A stretch of DNA of 40,286 nucleotides. It comes from Sphaeroforma arctica JP610 (taxonomy: Eukaryota). Below are positions 35,353 through 40,286 of the stretch, piece by piece. Made by a program: the position numbers and the translations under genes. Positions within the stretch are counted from its first letter, which is position 1. Each line of letters opens with the position of its first letter. The DNA lies in the NCBI RefSeq assembly GCF_001186125.1, contig NW_014040077.1, positions 1-40,286 on the forward strand. The letters are read 5' to 3'. Below the pieces are notes generated by a model. That model did no database searches and had not been told where the DNA came from. It was given only the letters and a program-made list of their open reading frames with translations.

Positions 35353-36084
35353 TGTAAAAGCCGGGCCTCCACATTATAATCCTGTATTATAAACGTACTC
35401 TTAAAAGTACGTAAACTCAGTTTTCCTTAAATGGTTTTCAACGGTTTTATTAATTAAATACCTTCTCCATTTTACATATCAGATATTTGGACAAGGCCAT
35501 TAAATGGCCTCAGTAAAATATCAACTTTATGATTTGGACTAGTTCTATTAATAAAACTATATTTACTTTCCAAATCTATTTCTATCTGAATACTTCGGTA
35601 GCGAGATGGCTCAACCAAACATAGGTTTCTTAGGACAATTAGCGTTGCTTAGTTTATCCTCCGTTCAGCCAACCAGATGTGCCAGTCTGATGAATACTAG
35701 TCGGTATTCCTGGATAAGTGGCAAGTTATTGGTTAAATAATACAATAATTATGGACATCAAGAGTATTTTTTATTTTTATTTTTATTTTTTCTATTTATT
35801 TTTCTAAAGATAGGATTTCATGAGTCTCTCGGATTCGCCCTAACGAAACATAGTCATAGTTTCTAGTAGAGTCCCTTCGGCGGAAACAGTACTGAGAGGA
35901 TTACATATAGGCAATGTCTTAGCCTCACAATCCCTCAGAGTATTGCTGTTTTCACGAGGCATACCTAACTTTACTAAAAGACTCATTTCGGTTATTTACT
36001 CTTTGATTTTACTACACTTAGACTTGACCTAAGCGTTTAATTACTCTAAGGCGTTAGTACCGCCTTGATAGACCGAAACTTACA
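35353..36084 (+). mobile_element. Family C solo LTR (732 bp), 4-bp TSD GCTG
   Basis: GCTG-TGTAAAAGCCGGGCCTCC...GACCGAAACTTACA-GCTG. Interrupts B between RT and RH. Confidence 0.92.
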
Positions 36085-39000
36085 GCTGGACCATTGTTAT
36101 GAGCTGCTTAAGGCATCATCACGTTCGTTAGTCCATAACGCCCCCAATTTACCCTCATGGCATCGTAAATGTCCAAAAGGTTTAAAATAGGTTGCCAAGT
36201 GAGGTACTCCATCTGACAGAAAGTTGACGAAACCGCTTATACTGTTCACATCCTTCCCTATAGTGGGTGTTCTCCAATCTAGCAAGTGTTCGACCTTTCC
36301 GGGTTCAATCGTGATGCCGTCCCCGGATACACGGTACCCCAACAGCTGAATCTCGTTTACGCCAAACTGACATTTTTTTGCTGTTTATTTTAAACTTGTG
36401 CTTATTTAGCCTAGCTCAAACTTCTCGCACAACTCTACCATGCTCCTCCTTGGTCTTTGTAAATTACACAATATCGTCGATGTATGCCTATACGTTATCC
36501 ATGTCTCTAAACAGATCTTGCACGATTTGTTGAAAGAAGGCTGGTAACATATGAAGACCAAATGGTGCTCCCTTGAAGGAATACTGCTGTCCATCCCAAG
36601 TGAAGGTAGAATACTTACGATGTGGTTTGCGTATCTTCATTTGGTGGTAACCCTGCTTCAAATCGATGGTCGAAAACATTTTCGCACCTTCCATTCTTCT
36701 CGTGAAAGTTGTGTGTAGGTATAAAGGTATAGGAGCGTTTAAAGGGCTCATACTTAAGTAAGCATACGCGAACCTTTTTCAACGTACCATCTGAGTTGAA
36801 CTGGTCTACTGCCAAGAGTGGTAGATTGACTGGAGTTGGTTTGTAATTCGCAGCAATCACTCCAGCTTCTAACCAAGCCTTAACCTGTTCTCTGACTACC
36901 TGTTCATGACGCTATGCTACGTAGTTGCGCGTCGGACATTTCAACTTCGAAAAGTCTGCTTTTGTCCAGTCTAAGCTCACATATCCGTTGTTGAATTTGA
37001 ACTGAGCCCAGTCAGTAATCTTGATCTTGTTATTCTTGAAGATAAGATCCTTTAGCTTCTATGTGAATTGAGGTATCATTTTTCCTACAGTCTTAGAAGA
37101 AGGCTTATATACAGGCTTCAGCAGATTGTCATCTGACCGATCCTTCTGTGGGTTAATATTTGTCGGTAGGCCGATGACTGTTATACCTAAAGACAAAAGA
37201 TATATCCCCACTATCAAACCATAGTCTGGCGATGTGTTACAGACAACTGCCTTTGTGACCATTGTCCGTTGATCAGTGAGGGTAAACCTCAAATCTACGG
37301 CCATGTCACGACACGTAATCTGCCTTTTGTCAGCTAGTTTTAACATAGTAGGCTCTGATTTACGAGTTACATCAGTTATCTTACATAATCTCGATGATAT
37401 ACACGAACTTTACGAGCCTGGATCTAACAACGCTTTTATTTCATGCCCGTTAACCCGTATATCGAGAACGACACGCTCATCTTGCGATGCATACTTTTGT
37501 TTCAGTGCCAAGATCCGGTAAGATTGTCACTTAACTTCACATTCGGTTGCACCTTACACATGTGTTTGTGGTAACCTTCAGTCTTTGCGCAAGTCTGCAC
37601 ACTTCGCAATAAAATGTTTACATTTCTATGCGTGCCTGCCATCCCAGCGACCGTTCGGCTCATGTTGGGTCATGTGCCAGCTGCAATCCGTTTCAGCACG
37701 GTCCTTGATCTCTTTATACTTTGGCTTAAGAGGCTCAGCTGCCTGAGCGGATTTGTTGCCCAAGGTCCCGCAAGTGTTGACATTGCTCTTGTGACCATCA
37801 GTACCTTGCACATGCTTGTTCTTCTGGCCACCTTTATCTCCACCTTTGTTCCCTTTATTGTTTTCCGTTTCCGTATGAGAGTCTCGACCAGTACCTGGTT
37901 CTTCATTCGTGTTGGGTACAACCTTCTTACTTGGCTGAACGAATTTCACCACAGAACTCGGGCGTTTGGAAAACGTCTGGTCTACTCTCGAATAAAATTC
38001 AGTCCATGTCCGGTCGGCGAGTTTCATAATACCGTAGGTTGGTCCTTCAATTGAAATCTAACGTACCTTGTCTGGATAAGATTGATGCATGTCTGCGTAC
38101 AATATCTCTGTCTTTTTGGTGATGAGCTGACCAAAAGATTGTTTGTACCCACAACACACACATACTCAGCTTGTCGGATGACATCTCCAGTGTCTGAGCA
38201 CGTGATATATGTATGTCCAGTTCCAAGAGATAATGTGACACTAATGTCCCTTCATCCGGTGGTACCATGATGGATACCAGCAATTCCGGTCTGGGGACTG
38301 TTGAGAACAGATGGACTATCATCTCGCTCTGATCCTTCCACGTCTTCAGCTTTGTTACAGTGGTCTTTGCCTTCTCCAACTTATTATACTTCTAAGATGA
38401 TGGCTTGAAACTCTGTTGCGCTTAAATTTTCAGTAAGCATGATTTGACCAAATTCCTTCAAATGTCTTGATAATAACGCTAAGGTACTCGTATCGATGGG
38501 GTCCTTGCGGTCTTTTCGATTTGGACGATACGTAGTGGGTAGTTTACCTATATCCTTGACAAACTTCATACTGTCCACTGTCTTCTCAGCGTGTATGATG
38601 CGTAGCTCCGTATCGATTTTGGATTGAAAGTGCTTCGCCATAGTCATTCATTCTCAAGCTGGCTTGCTCGATCGTCCCTTGATTCATTGCTAGCGTTGCC
38701 TCCTCTTCCGCATTAAGCATCCCAGCTGTGAAATCAGTAATCTTCTTGTCACTCTTCGAAGTCTCGTCGATTCGTGCGTGCGTCCCCTTCATGCAATGTA
38801 GTCGCTGATCATCATTGTCATCATCGTCCTCCGGGTCCTCACTTTGCGTTGCCGTCGCCCTCGTAGTCTTGGACGTTTTCAACGCTTGACAGACGGCGGC
38901 TGGTAATCGGGTCCTGAAGAGTCTGGTTCCTCAAACTCTGGTGATGATTGACTCCCATCCCCGCTCGAGCTTTTCGACTTCTCTTCCACCTTAAAATTCC

Positions 39001-39463
39001 TCTTGTTGGTCTTTTTTCCGCTTCTGGTATTTATCAAAAGCGGATGCCAAATTGGGGAACATTCACTTGTAATCGTCGGTGTCAAGATCTGAATTTGATT
39101 CTACTTCCATCGATTCCGAACCCGGTTCCGATTCTGATACCAAGGCCACTTGTCCTTGATGTGTCGGGCTTTCCGGTTCTGGTTCAGGTTCCGGTTTGCT
39201 TTGCCTCCTCCAGTGAGTCCTTCTCTGCTCTTTTCTCAACCTTCTTTTCCTTGGACTTCTTAGTGACCTCGTCACCCACCTCTTCCTTTGACTTCTTGGA
39301 ATTTTTGTACGGTCCTTCGGGCGCCTTGAGGGGTAAAGCCACCGCCATCAAAATTTCGACCTTGTCGTCCTCCGAGGAGTCGGGGGTCAAGGTGGTCTTG
39401 GAACTCGTCGCCTTAGGTGGGTTCTTACATGAAACCAAACTCTCAGTTAGTTCATAATCGAAC

Positions 39464-39615
39464 AAAGTCGCTAAATGTACATTGAAAATGTGGAAAAGTC
39501 ATTAAATGTACATTCACCCTTTTTCTCGATGAAAACGTACTGAAATATGGATCAAATATGTACAAATGTACATTTAGCGACAATTATAATTTTTTTATGT
39601 ACATTTAGTGACTTT
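39464..39615. repeat. MITE-like inverted-repeat structure at the truncated 5' end of B
   Basis: AAAGTC(G/A)(C/T)TAAATGTACAT at 39464 and 39495 faces inverted copies at ~39566-39581 and 39597-39615 (18/19 match for the outer pair). Confidence 0.75.
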
Positions 39616-40094
39616 ATTGTGCAAAAATTGCTTAAATTTAAAATAAATAGCCTTCAGCTATATCCATTTTTCACGCATAAATGTGTTGAGGNNNNNNNNN
39701 NNNNNNNNNNNGGGGGGGGGGTATGTTGTCTTATATTATCTGTTGTTTGTATATGCTACTTCATTCGAACATATCTCACTGCCTAGTGCGCAACTCACGT
39801 GGTCGATGATGCTCTTTTACAGGACCATACGAGAATTGTATTTTCATCTTACTATATAAATCAGCTCTAGCAGGAGTTGGCATAGTATCTAATATGATAT
39901 CTGTAGCATTACTATATACAATGTAACAATCGCCAGGTTCCAATGTCCGTTCCTTTGATTCCACAGGATCAAAATTTCGGACCCATGTGCTGCTCCCATC
40001 GTAGACATACGCAGCCTACACAGCATGTAACTCGTTTGATTTGTGTACAGCTCAGCTGTTAATTTCACAAAACGTATAGAGCATGAAAATTTAG

Positions 40095-40127
<33 letters not shown>

Positions 40128-40286
40128 CTATATTTAATATGCATATATAAAATGTAAATAATATATATATATATATATACATATATATTTACATAGACAT
40201 ATTTATAAATAATAAATGTATATGATACGAATATAAAAATATAAGAATATATATATATACATACATACATACATATATATTTATAT
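40095..40286. repeat. (TA)n-rich microsatellite
   Basis: Long TA/TACA runs. Confidence 0.9.

Larger units (their letters stand above)
31152..39460 (-). mobile_element. Ty3/gypsy retrotransposon B, diverged relative of A (gag-PR-RT-RH-MTase-IN), heavily decayed
   Basis: Colinear with A from gag (38047-38647) through PR (ALLDPGS ~37420), RT (AYIDD ~36473-36487), RH (VATDVSD 35134-35337), MTase (33170-34915, split) to integrase (31760-32740). Confidence 0.9.

Noticed and set aside
39776..40080. Possible exon(s) on the minus strand (MESKERTLEPGDCY..)
   Set aside because: Short, with no recognisable family or firm splice evidence.

Overview
Eukaryotic genomic scaffold with N-gaps and (TA)n/(TG)n microsatellites. 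The sequence style suggests a unicellular opisthokont, possibly an ichthyosporean; this is inference only. The left part holds one plausible host gene (2622-3839, minus strand, with a Phactr/Bni4-type PP1-binding C-terminus) and about 5.8 kb of AT-rich DNA saturated with micro-tandem duplications. From about 12.5 kb to 39.5 kb the window is a nest of decayed retrotransposons, all on the minus strand. A Ty1/copia element (~12521-27100) is split between RT and RNase H by Ty3/gypsy element A (14949-21649), which is itself cut by the 5' LTR plus gag start of a related element C. A second, diverged gypsy copy B (~31150-39460) carries two solo LTRs of family C with 4-bp TSDs. An OTU-protease pseudogene bracketed by related tandem repeats lies at 29.1-30.65 kb. 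Main observation: both the gypsy elements and the unrelated copia element encode a DIRS-type Dam-like N6-adenine DNA methyltransferase domain (DW..IDxFA..NAQxPRY..NPPW/NIPF) attached to a DDE integrase. In gypsy it sits between RNase H and the integrase zinc finger. In copia it sits inside the integrase HHCC zinc finger, between WHxxLGH and CxxC.
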